Assembly (NCBI GenBank): GCA_001599295.1
Contig: BCGN01000004.1
Span: forward strand, 1,120,138-1,184,137
Source: Sporopachydermia quercuum
Taxonomy: Eukaryota
DNA: 64,000 nt
Direction: 5' to 3'
Positions within the stretch are counted from its first letter, which is position 1. Each line of letters opens with the position of its first letter. The position numbers were made by a program, and so were the translations under genes. Under the pieces are notes generated by a model. It was not told the origin of the DNA. It searched no databases and worked only from the letters and a program-made list of their open reading frames with translations. Below, piece after piece: positions 12,552 through 23,791 of this stretch.

Positions 12552-12936
12552 TTACGGTGATAACACGTCATGGAATCATAAATCTAAAGGGCTATAAATT
12601 AAGTTAGATAATACAAATATTAAATATAATACACAAGGTAATTAAGCCAACCTCAGTCATAACTCAAACTAGTATATTGAATGCTAAATATCCTTCCTAA
12701 ATACATTATAAAAAGACAAATCAACGTCCCAACGTAATATATGTATATGTTGATAATGATAATGATAATACGAATGCANTAATCATATTGAATTGCCATG
12801 TGCTTTCTGTAAACATGATTTATGAATAGCTCGTCTGAGCGTTCTATCGATCAGACGTTTATTGCGATAACCATAATGCTAATGCAGCTTCTAAATTGAA
12901 TAGTAACTTAATGGTAAGTATATGCTTGTGTTGAAG

Positions 12937-14016
12937 TTATTCAGTCCTGCTGAAAAAACTTGAGAACTTCAAATACGATGTCGGACTGTCCCTTTCTGTC
13001 GATGGTGTGTTTGCTGTGGAAGTAGTAGGTGACTCGTTATCGGAAGAGTTTGAGGAATCGAATGACTTTATTTCCAATCCGATTGCTTGGGCCAATGTAT
13101 CGGGAACACAATGACCAAAAAAGATTCGTCCACTATTAGAATCAGTGGGAACAGATGTCTGAGGTTTTGAATTTGTCTTCATTCTCTTCCTTTCTCCATT
13201 ATCATTGTCATCTATGGCGATTATACGCTGTGGTTTAGTTGCCGCTGCTATTATGTCTGTTGCTTTCTTTTGGATTTCTAATCTATAATTATTTTGAGTA
13301 CTAGGTGCTTTAAGAAGTTTAGGCGGTAATTGAATGCTTGAGGGGCTATCTACCAGTTTATCTTGATTTATGGTTAAAAATGATACGATCGGTTTCATTT
13401 TGTCACGCCCATATTCTTTCGTTAGAGATAGTTGCACCACTTTCACTATTGATTTTAAACAAGTTTTGGTAACTCTACGTTTCCGTAATTCATTTGTAAT
13501 TTTTGCTGACAGTTCAAATAAGTCGTCCTGCTTCTTTAACGTTAATTTTCCCAAATATTCATTGATGAAAGATTCTGGAAATGCAACTCGTGCAATACGA
13601 GATATATAGAATAGATTTAGTAGTGGATACACATTGGACTTGTCGGATATACTTTGATCAACAAGATATTGCAGTATCTTCGTTATCAGTGATGTGATCT
13701 GAATTGTTGATTCACGTTTATTTGCACGTTTATTTGCACGTTTTCTGTATACTCTTCGCTTTCTCGTTTTTGTTTGAGTGGTTGTCTTACCGGCCTGCTT
13801 ACCATCTCTATTATCCTTTATTGTTTCACTGCCTGTTGAAGCAGTGACACTGTCTGTATTCTTGGCTGTTGGGGTTCTTTTGCTTATATTTGATTTCCCA
13901 TTTCTTTGTATATATTTAGATGAGAGTTTTACTGCAGGAGCACTGGGATGGATCTTGACCCGTCCTGAACCAACTGGTAACATTCGACTATTACTGTTAT
14001 CAATAAGAGAGCTCAT
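12937..14016 (-). CDS. Hypothetical basic protein, 359 aa
   Basis: Long ATG-initiated ORF in AT-rich DNA with NLS-like KTRKRRVYRKR; no family recognised. Confidence 0.65.
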   Translation of the reverse strand: MSSLIDNSNSRMLPVGSGRVKIHPSAPAVKLSSKYIQRNGKSNISKRTPTAKNTDSVTASTGSETIKDNRDGKQAGKTTTQTKTRKRRVYRKRANKRANKRESTIQITSLITKILQYLVDQSISDKSNVYPLLNLFYISRIARVAFPESFINEYLGKLTLKKQDDLFELSAKITNELRKRRVTKTCLKSIVKVVQLSLTKEYGRDKMKPIVSFLTINQDKLVDSPSSIQLPPKLLKAPSTQNNYRLEIQKKATDIIAAATKPQRIIAIDDNDNGERKRMKTNSKPQTSVPTDSNSGRIFFGHCVPDTLAQAIGLEIKSFDSSNSSDNESPTTSTANTPSTERDSPTSYLKFSSFFSRTE

Positions 14017-16043
14017 TCTCCTCTTTAAACAGGGATCATCACCCTTTTAAGGCCCTACGACGAATGGGAATAAAGGAGGCACCAACAGTTATTACAGATC
14101 AATAGTGCTATCTCTAAAAGTAATTAATGACTTCAACCTTGCAAGTATCAGATAATCTATTGTCTTGATAGCATCAATGGTATCCAAAAGAAAAAATTAA
14201 AATACTGCCAGAAACTACTTCTAAATATGTTATTTACGTTTACGTTTGACATTGTTNCTGAATTCTGTTTGTTGATCTGAATGAGTTTGATGTTTATGTT
14301 TCATCTTTTCTTTTCTTTAGTCCGTGACATGTTGAGAAGCAAATCTGGGTTCTAAAGTGTACAGTTCAATCCGTAAATCTTTTATACGTAAGAATTAGAA
14401 TATTGGATTTGTAANAAGTTTTTGACTTAATTTTTAATATCGAGCAAAAANAGATACTCTTATAATCGACGTCCTTTCTCTAATTTTCAATTCATTCTTT
14501 TGTATCTATCTTATCTTATCATTACACCAAATGTTTGACAAGTTAGCTCCTGAGGTTTGATGAATAAATCGAAAAAGAAAATGAGCATTTCTATAATTTT
14601 AGCCCATTCTTTTATCTCTTCCGGAATCGATGAAGGCTTACTTTTTCATTGGAAAGAAGCCTTAGGTCCGTTTACGAATACCCAACCATATAACCATATG
14701 ATTCTCTTACGAGAAGATATTCAGGTTTAATTTTTCATAAATTCTTTTTACTATCAGACTATGGAATGATTATAGATAATAATAAATAAAAAAAATAAAG
14801 TAAAAACGAGATAAGAATGAGACTTATGGAAGGAACAGCATCTCTATTGTTTGATTGTTTACTTCCCAATTAACTATTCAATGATATCCTTCCGTACAAC
14901 AGCTTAGGAGAATAGGCCTTATTATATTTTTTGGTCATCTAGGATTCTCTCAAATAATCGAATCCTACTACATCGTACAACTCTGTGAGCGAGTATAGAG
15001 GTATTTGGTTGGTTGGGAACTATTCAACAATGCAGTNAAATACAGTAGAAGTTAGATTAATAAGGTATGTAAAGGGTTTTGGTTGCAACGAATTGCAACA
15101 AAAACGATAAGATGAAGTTCCAGGGGTTATAACCTTCTGTGACAGGTATTGGAAATGGTTTGAATGGGTGATGGATCATTTGTTTGACGCTTTTTCTGTA
15201 TTTATCGCAACAGGTCTTGATCCCTGATGTTACGTTTGATTGTACAAGCTGTAATTTCTCCTTTTTTATTAGGGTAATTGTATCTTACATTTAACTGAGG
15301 TACTAAATTCATACTTGAATATGTGTTCAAATTATGTCGTATTATTATTATTAATTATCAAATTTCTCACTACGCGTTGACATCTGTGGATAAGTAATGC
15401 ATTGTCAATAGGCAAAAGATATGGCCACTAGAAAGTACCAACTTTACTATATATTCGTTCACTAGAAGCTCTAATTTANACTTGTGAAACTTCCTTGTTC
15501 TTCCCAAAATTACTCCCTACACTTAGCTTCTATTCTTCTGAAGCTGATATATCTCTTCACTTCGTTTCATATTATTAGTGGACTTTATCGCTGTGTAGCT
15601 CAGACAAACAAGAATGAAATAAAGGTGCGATTCTTGAATTGCAGATACATAATTAATGATTACGTAATAAACCATTAGGAAATATTGTATATCCGAATTG
15701 ACTCTAGACAACGACCTGATAAAACATATATGATGAATAGAGAAATTACGCGGCTTCCAATAAAAAAGGCATATGAGTTTTTGTACCAATTTTAAGAGGG
15801 TANGAAATTAATAGACAACACAATTTAGGTGGGATGTAGATTCTAGCGTTCCCATTAATAGAGTATTAAGATTTTGATGCACTACCATTAGCAGCTTCTA
15901 AACTAGATATCAGCAAGCAGGATAGTTAAGCGGTTAGAGACTTCGATTAAGAAGAAGCCAGTGAATAGGACAATCGAATAATGCTCAATTGAGAAACATT
16001 TGCGGGACGTACAAATTAAAGCGTATTATCATTATTTATCAAA

Positions 16044-17021
16044 ATGGTTGATTCATCAAAGTATACATACTCTTTCAACACATCTATTCTACTTGCATTC
16101 CTTCTGACATTTGTATATGTAGGGTCATTGTATACTCTTCGNTCAACTAGAGTTTCAACCGCCGTTTTCAGAAACGATGTTGAAGTTGTATATATGAGAT
16201 GCATTGTGATCTGTTTGGTGACACTCTTACTTATTGCATTAACACCGACGATTGTTTACGCCTTAGGTGGATCTAAAACATGGATCACAGCTTTTGCCTC
16301 GATGAGAGTGATAATCGGGTTATCTTTGAAGAAACGACAAGATATACCAGTGTTTAGTTTGATATCAGCAATAACAACATGCAATGATTTGATCAAAGTC
16401 ATTATCCTTACAATGACTTTTTACTCGGGTTCGATATTGGAGAAATTCTTACTGAGTCATAGATTGCAACCGTGTAATACTTGGAATCACGTAACTGAGA
16501 ACGTCAATAAGATTAACGACAGTGTATTAGCATTTGTTCATCAGACTGATATGAACAACATATATCATTTACGAGACTATTTTATTGGACCACTTACTGA
16601 GGAGATTGTTTTCAGATCATGCCTCATGGCAGTTTCTCTGCCATCCAAACCGCCTGTCAGTTATCTACTTTTCATTACGCCGCTTTACTTTGGCGTTGCC
16701 CATATTCATCATGCTTACAATTTATATCTGGAAGGAGTTCATTCAGTAAAAATGATAGTTTTCTCTACTGCTTTTCAGTTTCTCTATACATACTTGTTTG
16801 GGATTTATGCCACTTTTCTCTTCCTTCGAACTGGCACCGTTTGGAGTTGTGTCTTAGCCCATATTGTTTGCAATTTATTTGGCGTTCCTTTTATAGGAAG
16901 AATACCTGGAAGTCTTTGGAAGACTTCGGTTTATTATTTCATTTTGGTTGGTGGGTTTGTCGCTTTTGGTTTTCTATTATTCCCACTTTCTGTCAGTGGA
17001 CATTCGATAATTCAGTGGTAG
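16044..17021 (+). CDS. RCE1: CAAX prenyl protease 2
   Basis: GPLTEEIVFR, FGVAHIHH and AHIVCN motifs; multiple TM segments. Confidence 0.93.
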   Translation: MVDSSKYTYSFNTSILLAFLLTFVYVGSLYTLXSTRVSTAVFRNDVEVVYMRCIVICLVTLLLIALTPTIVYALGGSKTWITAFASMRVIIGLSLKKRQDIPVFSLISAITTCNDLIKVIILTMTFYSGSILEKFLLSHRLQPCNTWNHVTENVNKINDSVLAFVHQTDMNNIYHLRDYFIGPLTEEIVFRSCLMAVSLPSKPPVSYLLFITPLYFGVAHIHHAYNLYLEGVHSVKMIVFSTAFQFLYTYLFGIYATFLFLRTGTVWSCVLAHIVCNLFGVPFIGRIPGSLWKTSVYYFILVGGFVAFGFLLFPLSVSGHSIIQW

Positions 17022-18058
17022 ATCGGTTGGTATTTCTTATGTATTATAGTTAATGACATAGACTTGCTTTTTTTTGGTGACTACGAAGAGTTAGAATGAA
17101 TGTATGAATTGAATAAGTAGATTTTCTTGGTACATTGATTGTATATCGATCGACAATTGAGTGTTCTGCCTTGATTAGAATTAAATATGAAGAATCGATT
17201 ATTTCATCTCTATTTTGCGTACAAGTAGTATTGAATGCTTCATCAGGGAGATGTTTGAGAAAAGGGGCTACAGCTAGTATAAACCAGTGCTTGATGATAC
17301 CTCTTGAATATTTCTTGTTATTGTAATAGGTGACTCAGCTTAGGCCTAAATCTATACTTATCTTCATAATTGAATGTTGTGTTATATTTGTGATACAAGC
17401 TCTGAGCATCAAGCATGCAATTTGTTATACTTTGATTTTTTATCTCTTTTCACGCTATAATTTGATTCAAAACATATTATTCTTTTTTCTATNTTATTCC
17501 TTTCGTGAGGATATATTAATTTTGCTGCATCAATCAACGAAAACTAGTACCAAAAAAAAAATTCTTATTCATTTACTNTGCCCTTCCTCATCGCATCTCG
17601 NGTACTTAACCGGTCAACTACTACTCTAATACCATGCACTTTCAACCTATCCATCTTATATATTACTATAAATATAGATACNGTTTGTAGTTATTATATT
17701 TCTATTAATTTATAAACCATCAACGTTTCCTTCATCATAGGTTTTATTTATCTATTNAGTTCCCTTACTTCTTGTCATTTACATTGATCCGTTTCTCTAT
17801 TTTTTCTCTTTGCATATGTTCAGAAATTAGCTTACCGCGTTATTAATTGTACGTTTCTTTTTTNTTGTTCCTTTTTTTTTTACACGCTAATGAAAATGAA
17901 GATCTAATATTTACTCTGTGGTGACAAGGTATTATTTTTACTTCAGAAATTTCTTCTACTATTTACTATACGATAGACAATTCACGTCATAAAGAAATTA
18001 AAGCTCAATAATAGAGCGATCAAATCATTTCTTAAAACCCTGTAGTAGCAGTCGACTG

Positions 18059-18064
18059 ACGCGT
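18059..18064. promoter_or_regulatory. MCB element upstream of RAD18
   Basis: ACGCGT about 40 bp upstream of the ATG of a DNA-repair gene. Confidence 0.4.
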
Positions 18065-18104
18065 CATAGTACCAGCTACTCACTTCAAGCGTTAATAAAT
18101 CACA

Positions 18105-19637
18105 ATGGAAATACCAGATCCTTCAGATTGGAAGGGAACAGCAGTACCAGGACTAGCGGAATTAGAGTCGTTATTATATTGCCATGTTTGCAAAGATTTT
18201 TTAAAAGCTCCAGTGATAACATCATGTAGTCATACCTTTTGTTCTCTATGTATTAGACGCCACCTCTCCACGGAGGCTATATGTCCAGTGTGTCGGGAAC
18301 AACAATTGGAAGTTCAATTAAGAAAAAACACAGCAGTTGAGGATTTAGTAATCTGCTTTCAAAGAATACGGCNGGACTTATTGGCACTAGCTAAAGCTAA
18401 GGAAAACTGTCCTCAGAGCATTGATGACCATGAGAGTGATAGAGAGAAAGAAATTGATAATGACTATGAAAATGAAAATGGAAAGGTGCATGATGAAATA
18501 GAAGTCGAATCTGATTCTTCTACAACTCACAAGGATATTTTATATGAAGTCAGATCTGCTGAGAAGAGAAAAGCCACAAGACAAGAGCGTCAGAAGCAGC
18601 CGCATGTGAATTGGGATAATTATGAAGATTCAACCGATAGTCTTGGAGAGAACAAAGACACTTCATTGATAATTTTATCAGACCAATCTGAATACGAAGA
18701 TCCTGAAGATAGTACATTCAACATAGATGAACATGAAAATAAGAAGCGGAAAGTAAAACAAATTAAGAATAGATCAGCTACTAAAACAAGTACATCATTT
18801 GCACCTTGTCCAATTTGTCATAAGATGTTCCCAATTAAAGATCTGGAAACCACCCATATTGACGAGTGTCTAAATAATTCTCAATTTTCCTCTGTCAATA
18901 ATTCAACTAAATCTTCAAAACACTCAACTCAAGCTACATTATTACCTCAGAAACATCAAAAAGTGAAAACTAAACCAACTTATCGTTATGCACCTTCTAG
19001 TTCCTCTACTACCAGTTCAACCACTATATCTAACGAACCAAAAAAGAAACTTTCCAAGATAAATTTTAATCTGCTGAAAGATTCCAAATTGAAAGACAAA
19101 TTATCTCAACTAGGACTACCGGTAAACGGGAATCGGACTTTACTTGAGAGAAGATATACTGAATGGTGTAGTTTATGGAATGCCAATTTAGATGCGAAAA
19201 ATCCTCTTTCTGAGCGACAGTTGAAAAGAAACTTGAATGCTTGGGAGGACTCATTCAAGGCATCATTAGAAGGCTCCAAAGAAAAAAAAGATTTTGATGC
19301 AAAGGAATGGGCTGAAAATTTCAATGGAGATTTCAAAGATTTGATAGAAAAAGCTCGGAAAGGGTTGCAACAAAATGGATCGGCCGAGGAAAATACTAGA
19401 CCAAATGGTCGTAGCATTACCACAGATAGCTGTGTCAATGATGAGAATCAATCAGATAGCAATACCGTCACCAAAACAGATACGGGCTCCGTCGAATTAG
19501 GTCGTAAATCAAATGCAAATCAAAATACTGACGATCAGAATACAAGTGACAATCAAAAAGTGATAGAGGATAAATCAACAAACATAGAGGAACTATTTCT
19601 ACCGACAGAAATAATAAGTTCAAGTGAAGGTCCATAA
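18105..19637 (+). CDS. RAD18: Postreplication repair E3 ubiquitin ligase
   Basis: DPSDW N-terminus, C3HC4 RING, UBZ4 finger (CPIC...HIDECL), SAP domain with LWNANLD. Confidence 0.95.
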   Translation: MEIPDPSDWKGTAVPGLAELESLLYCHVCKDFLKAPVITSCSHTFCSLCIRRHLSTEAICPVCREQQLEVQLRKNTAVEDLVICFQRIRXDLLALAKAKENCPQSIDDHESDREKEIDNDYENENGKVHDEIEVESDSSTTHKDILYEVRSAEKRKATRQERQKQPHVNWDNYEDSTDSLGENKDTSLIILSDQSEYEDPEDSTFNIDEHENKKRKVKQIKNRSATKTSTSFAPCPICHKMFPIKDLETTHIDECLNNSQFSSVNNSTKSSKHSTQATLLPQKHQKVKTKPTYRYAPSSSSTTSSTTISNEPKKKLSKINFNLLKDSKLKDKLSQLGLPVNGNRTLLERRYTEWCSLWNANLDAKNPLSERQLKRNLNAWEDSFKASLEGSKEKKDFDAKEWAENFNGDFKDLIEKARKGLQQNGSAEENTRPNGRSITTDSCVNDENQSDSNTVTKTDTGSVELGRKSNANQNTDDQNTSDNQKVIEDKSTNIEELFLPTEIISSSEGP

Positions 19638-19778
19638 TTGAATGTTTAATTTGATAATTCATACTAGCATACTAACTTACATAATCATTTGCATTATAAG
19701 TAACATAACATTAATTCAAATTCAGATATCTTCAAGAACTATTTACATTACTTCTTCGACAGAATCTCCGTCAGGATA

Positions 19779-21857
19779 TTATTGAGCATCTGGTGCTACT
19801 TCATCACCAATAAAATTTTCAATTGCATTAACTGCATCGACAATGTTCTTTGCTGCATCTACAATTTTTTCTTGTAACGGCGTTTCCTCNGATTGTTCAG
19901 CCTCAGAATCAGCTTCAGGGACGGTCTCAGCATCAGCATCGGAATTAGCACCAGAATCAGTATCAGTTGTTTCTGGTTCCTTTTCAATACTGCTTTCTAC
20001 TGTAGCTGTGTCATCAATAACAGTTTCTTCAGAAGCATCAATTTCTGAATCATCATTTACAAGAAAATCAGTTGAAGCTTGTTCCTGAGAATCAACAGAT
20101 GTATCGGATATCGTTTGAGTTTTGGTGACTGTTAATGTCAATGTTTCAGTTTCTTCCTCTTTTTTATCATTACCATCAACAGGCTCATCAACAGACTCCT
20201 CGACATTTTCAGCGTCTGCATTTTTGGAGGCAATGGTATATTCTTCGTCTTCTTTTTCATCCTGTTCTTTTTCTGCTTCTTTTCCCTCTTCTTCAGTTTC
20301 GTCGCTCCCCAAGATCAGTGTCTCTGTAGCTGTTTCATCCTCACTCTCTGTTTCCACAATCGACTCACTTGCCTCAGCCAGTTTCTTTGCTTCTTCCTTT
20401 AAAACTTCATGCTCAATAACCTTTTCTGCTTCCATTTTATCAACAATAGACTCAGCAGCATACAATTTTTCATATATCTCTTCAAGAACAGATACATCTG
20501 TAGGTTCAATCTGTATATGCAAATCACTCAGGACTTCCAACTCTTCTTGCTCAAGACCAGTTATAACTGGCTCTTCAACAGATGTCAAACTTGTTTTACC
20601 CAAAACNTTCAAATTCTTTGATTCAATGATTTCTATCAAATCATTGAGAAGCCTTTCTTTGGTAACCTTTTCAATGATGACTGCAAACAATACAATGAAC
20701 AATACACTGAGAAGTGAATACACTAACGTGTCACGCGATTTATGAATGTCACCTGAAACAGGTAAACGGATCAGATTCAACGTATTGGCAGCAGAAGTAG
20801 ATGCAAGTATAGCGCCAGAAGGACTAAATGTTAATGAGGTGATGGCAAATGGATGGATATAATGGAAAATAGCTTCCTGTTTGAAAGTCGATGGATTGAG
20901 GAGTATAATTGATATCGAAGATGTAGCAATTGCAATGAAATTAGGAGCGATGGATAAAGCCGTAACTCCTTTATCTTTCTTGGAGAAAACCCTTGTTCTA
21001 ACAAACTTTTGACTTCTGATATCAACTTCGCCTAATGAAATTCCTCCTCCTGTACTATATGCAATAATGACTGAATTTTCGCCTTTAAACCTCATACGAG
21101 AAAACTTGCCCTTTGACCCCAATGTCTTTATTGATACTGAGGCTATTTGCTTCAATCGTTTTTCACTTTCAGTTAAATCATACACTTTCAGCTCAGTAGA
21201 GGTAAGAACAGCCAGTTTTCCTTCCTGTGTTATATCTAAATCTGCAATAGAAGCATCCAATGTAAGATCAATGACAATTTCCTGGGGGGTATTAAAATTA
21301 AGGCAAATTCTCAATTCTGCTTTATCGTCAGAAGAAGCAACTATCAAAGCACTTGCCACCGCAGGTTTCTCATCTCCTTGGTTATCAGATGAAAAATGTA
21401 CCATTCTGACAAATTTTTGATAAACAGAAGGGTCCTTTGACTTGAAAACCTGTAGAGATCCTATAGGTTTCAATTTGTAGTCATTACTATTCTTACCCTC
21501 ACTTAAACTATTGCTTCCCAGTTTCAGAATTCTCAAATGATCATTCTCACCTTTCTCAACCACAGCAGTATTTCGATTCACACCAGCAAGTAAGTTCTTA
21601 CCAACCAGATCAACATCCGCACTCATTACACAATCTTCATTTTCTTCAAACACATAATGTGACAAAACGCTAACTTTGGCATTTTGTTCTTCGTTGATAC
21701 CAATGCTTGTGTCAATATCAAGAATCGTCACCTTATTCTTGACCCCATTTTTGCCTTCTCCACCACCACCAGCAACTAGTAGAACATTCTCCGAAAGAAA
21801 CTGACTACAGTATAGTGGATATTTCAAATCCGTGGTATTATCTGTTGATATCTTCAT
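19779..21857 (-). CDS. SEC12: Sar1 guanine nucleotide exchange factor with a long acidic luminal tail
   Basis: AGGGGEGKNGVKNK K-loop, HPFAITSLTFSP, single TM (LVYSLLSVLFIVLFAVII); adjacent to RAD18, BUD17 and ATG15. Confidence 0.92.
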   Translation of the reverse strand: MKISTDNTTDLKYPLYCSQFLSENVLLVAGGGGEGKNGVKNKVTILDIDTSIGINEEQNAKVSVLSHYVFEENEDCVMSADVDLVGKNLLAGVNRNTAVVEKGENDHLRILKLGSNSLSEGKNSNDYKLKPIGSLQVFKSKDPSVYQKFVRMVHFSSDNQGDEKPAVASALIVASSDDKAELRICLNFNTPQEIVIDLTLDASIADLDITQEGKLAVLTSTELKVYDLTESEKRLKQIASVSIKTLGSKGKFSRMRFKGENSVIIAYSTGGGISLGEVDIRSQKFVRTRVFSKKDKGVTALSIAPNFIAIATSSISIILLNPSTFKQEAIFHYIHPFAITSLTFSPSGAILASTSAANTLNLIRLPVSGDIHKSRDTLVYSLLSVLFIVLFAVIIEKVTKERLLNDLIEIIESKNLXVLGKTSLTSVEEPVITGLEQEELEVLSDLHIQIEPTDVSVLEEIYEKLYAAESIVDKMEAEKVIEHEVLKEEAKKLAEASESIVETESEDETATETLILGSDETEEEGKEAEKEQDEKEDEEYTIASKNADAENVEESVDEPVDGNDKKEEETETLTLTVTKTQTISDTSVDSQEQASTDFLVNDDSEIDASEETVIDDTATVESSIEKEPETTDTDSGANSDADAETVPEADSEAEQXEETPLQEKIVDAAKNIVDAVNAIENFIGDEVAPDAQ

Positions 21858-22521
21858 TATAACTATTGTGATATCGTTCCTAGTTCCCGTCTATGCAAAC
21901 AAAGCCCTAGAAATCCTTAAATCTGTTTAAATGAATCAATCAGCCAGCCAATCAATCAATAACTCAATAATAAATTCCATTCAATGNACATGAATCAAAC
22001 TCTGCAGAAATAAATCAATCAATTACCATACAAACTTGCTAATGTTAATTCCAATGNATTCATAGCCTTGTAATAGCTAATTATGGATGGTCTTAATCTA
22101 ATCTCAAGCAGTACCCATCACCTTAATTGTGGAGATGGTGATGAAAAGAAAACCCGCATGACATGTAACCCCCCAAAAAAGAACCAGCTTTCAATTACAA
22201 TGTATGGCCATAATGTAACTCGAAGCAGGGGTGTACAGGAGACGTTTGCGAAAGAAAAACCAAGGGTCATTCTAAAGATGATAANATCTCGAATACCCTT
22301 CATCTCTCATTACGGCTGTAAGCTCAGATGAAAAGTTAGCGTTTATTGACTACCGAGAATATTGAAAAGGCTCCTCTTGCTTGTGCGTATGACGAGTAAT
22401 CTGTAATAAATGATGGAAGGCAGTTATTAATGTGGAATGAGTTGATTGGAGCATGTACAGTACGATTTAGGAGCGTTTGAGCTTTTTGATTGGAGGAAAG
22501 AGATCGGATTATACATAGGTA

Positions 22522-23394
22522 ATGACGAAAGATATACTGTGCATTCAGTCACATGTGTCACATGGATATGTTGGTAACAGAGCAGCTGCATTTCCTTTAC
22601 AATATTTAGGATGGAATGTTGATGCGTTGAATACGGTACAGTTTTCAAATCATCCAGGCTACGGGAGATTTGGCGGATCAAGTTTTACTGGTGAAGAAAT
22701 CGGGACTGTATATCAAGATGGATTGAAAAAAATTGGTCTGAAATTTGATGCTCTTATAACTGGTTATGTTAGAGACGAAGGAGGATTGAAAGCGATAGGA
22801 AAGATCGGTCGTGACTTACAAGAAGAAAAACAGGGCAAGCTTGTATGGTTATTAGATCCAGTTTTAGGCGATAATGGTAAACTATATGTACAGGAATCCA
22901 TAATTCCTGTGTATAAAGAAATATTGAAGGCAGGTGGAGTATCAATAGTAACTCCTAATCAATTTGAAGCTCAAATACTTTCCGGCGTTGAGATTACTGA
23001 TAGAGCAAGTTGCGAGAAAGCCATTTCGGTGCTACAGAATGAATTCAACATTCCAATTGTTGTCATCACATCGTGCGAGTGGGAAGGTAAACTGTATTGT
23101 CTAGCCAGCGATAGCAGAGTCAAAGGAAAAGTAATACACGACTTTGAAATAGAGAAATATCCCTGCGGCTTTGCTGGAAGTGGTGATCTGTTTGCTGCTC
23201 TTATTATTGACAAATTTTTCAAATATAATCAGTCCGATATTAAATCAACAATCGCCGACTGCTTGCAAATTATTGGTGAAGTATTGAAACTGTCGTATCA
23301 AAATCAGCTGGAACACAATAATAAACAAGGCATTGACTCAGTCTCTTATGTATATAAACTTTCTTTAATACAGTCAAAGCAATGGTTTGTATGA
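22522..23394 (+). CDS. BUD17: Pyridoxal kinase (Bud16/Bud17 family)
   Basis: IQSHVSHGYVGN, DPVLGDNG, TPNQFE, GSGDLF; adjacency to SEC12 favours BUD17. Confidence 0.85.
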   Translation: MTKDILCIQSHVSHGYVGNRAAAFPLQYLGWNVDALNTVQFSNHPGYGRFGGSSFTGEEIGTVYQDGLKKIGLKFDALITGYVRDEGGLKAIGKIGRDLQEEKQGKLVWLLDPVLGDNGKLYVQESIIPVYKEILKAGGVSIVTPNQFEAQILSGVEITDRASCEKAISVLQNEFNIPIVVITSCEWEGKLYCLASDSRVKGKVIHDFEIEKYPCGFAGSGDLFAALIIDKFFKYNQSDIKSTIADCLQIIGEVLKLSYQNQLEHNNKQGIDSVSYVYKLSLIQSKQWFV

Positions 23395-23791
23395 ACAATT
23401 GTTTTGAATTATTAATTACCAAATATCCGTCTACTCCATTATCTACCTCACTATCGACTACTAATCCGTATCTCCCTGATTTCGTTTAATGATTACATAA
23501 TACTATAAAACACACCCTCTTATGCAACATCATGCAGCTGCTTCAAAACCTTATTCTAAATGAAGTTAATCAGCACTAATCACCTTGCTAAATCCTTGGG
23601 TTAAATGATATCATTCTTCCTGGTATTCACTATCATATAGTATATTGTTATTTAACCTAGTTCTTTTTTGTTCATTCAAACAAATCCTTAGCTCTTGTTT
23701 CTCGCTATTCAAAGATTAAATACTTACCTTTCAATGGTTTCCTATAAAGGTTTAAACGACAATCTCCTCGTCTTTCTAAACCATTTCTATT

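Noticed and set aside
20122..20745. Long Ser-rich antisense ORFs (also 48109-48672 and similar)
   Set aside because: Shadows of acidic coding sequence on the opposite strand.
23720..23730. ATACTTACCT, identical to the U1 snRNA 5' end
   Set aside because: No U1 stem-loops or Sm site follow, and it lies about 60 bp upstream of the ATG15 start.
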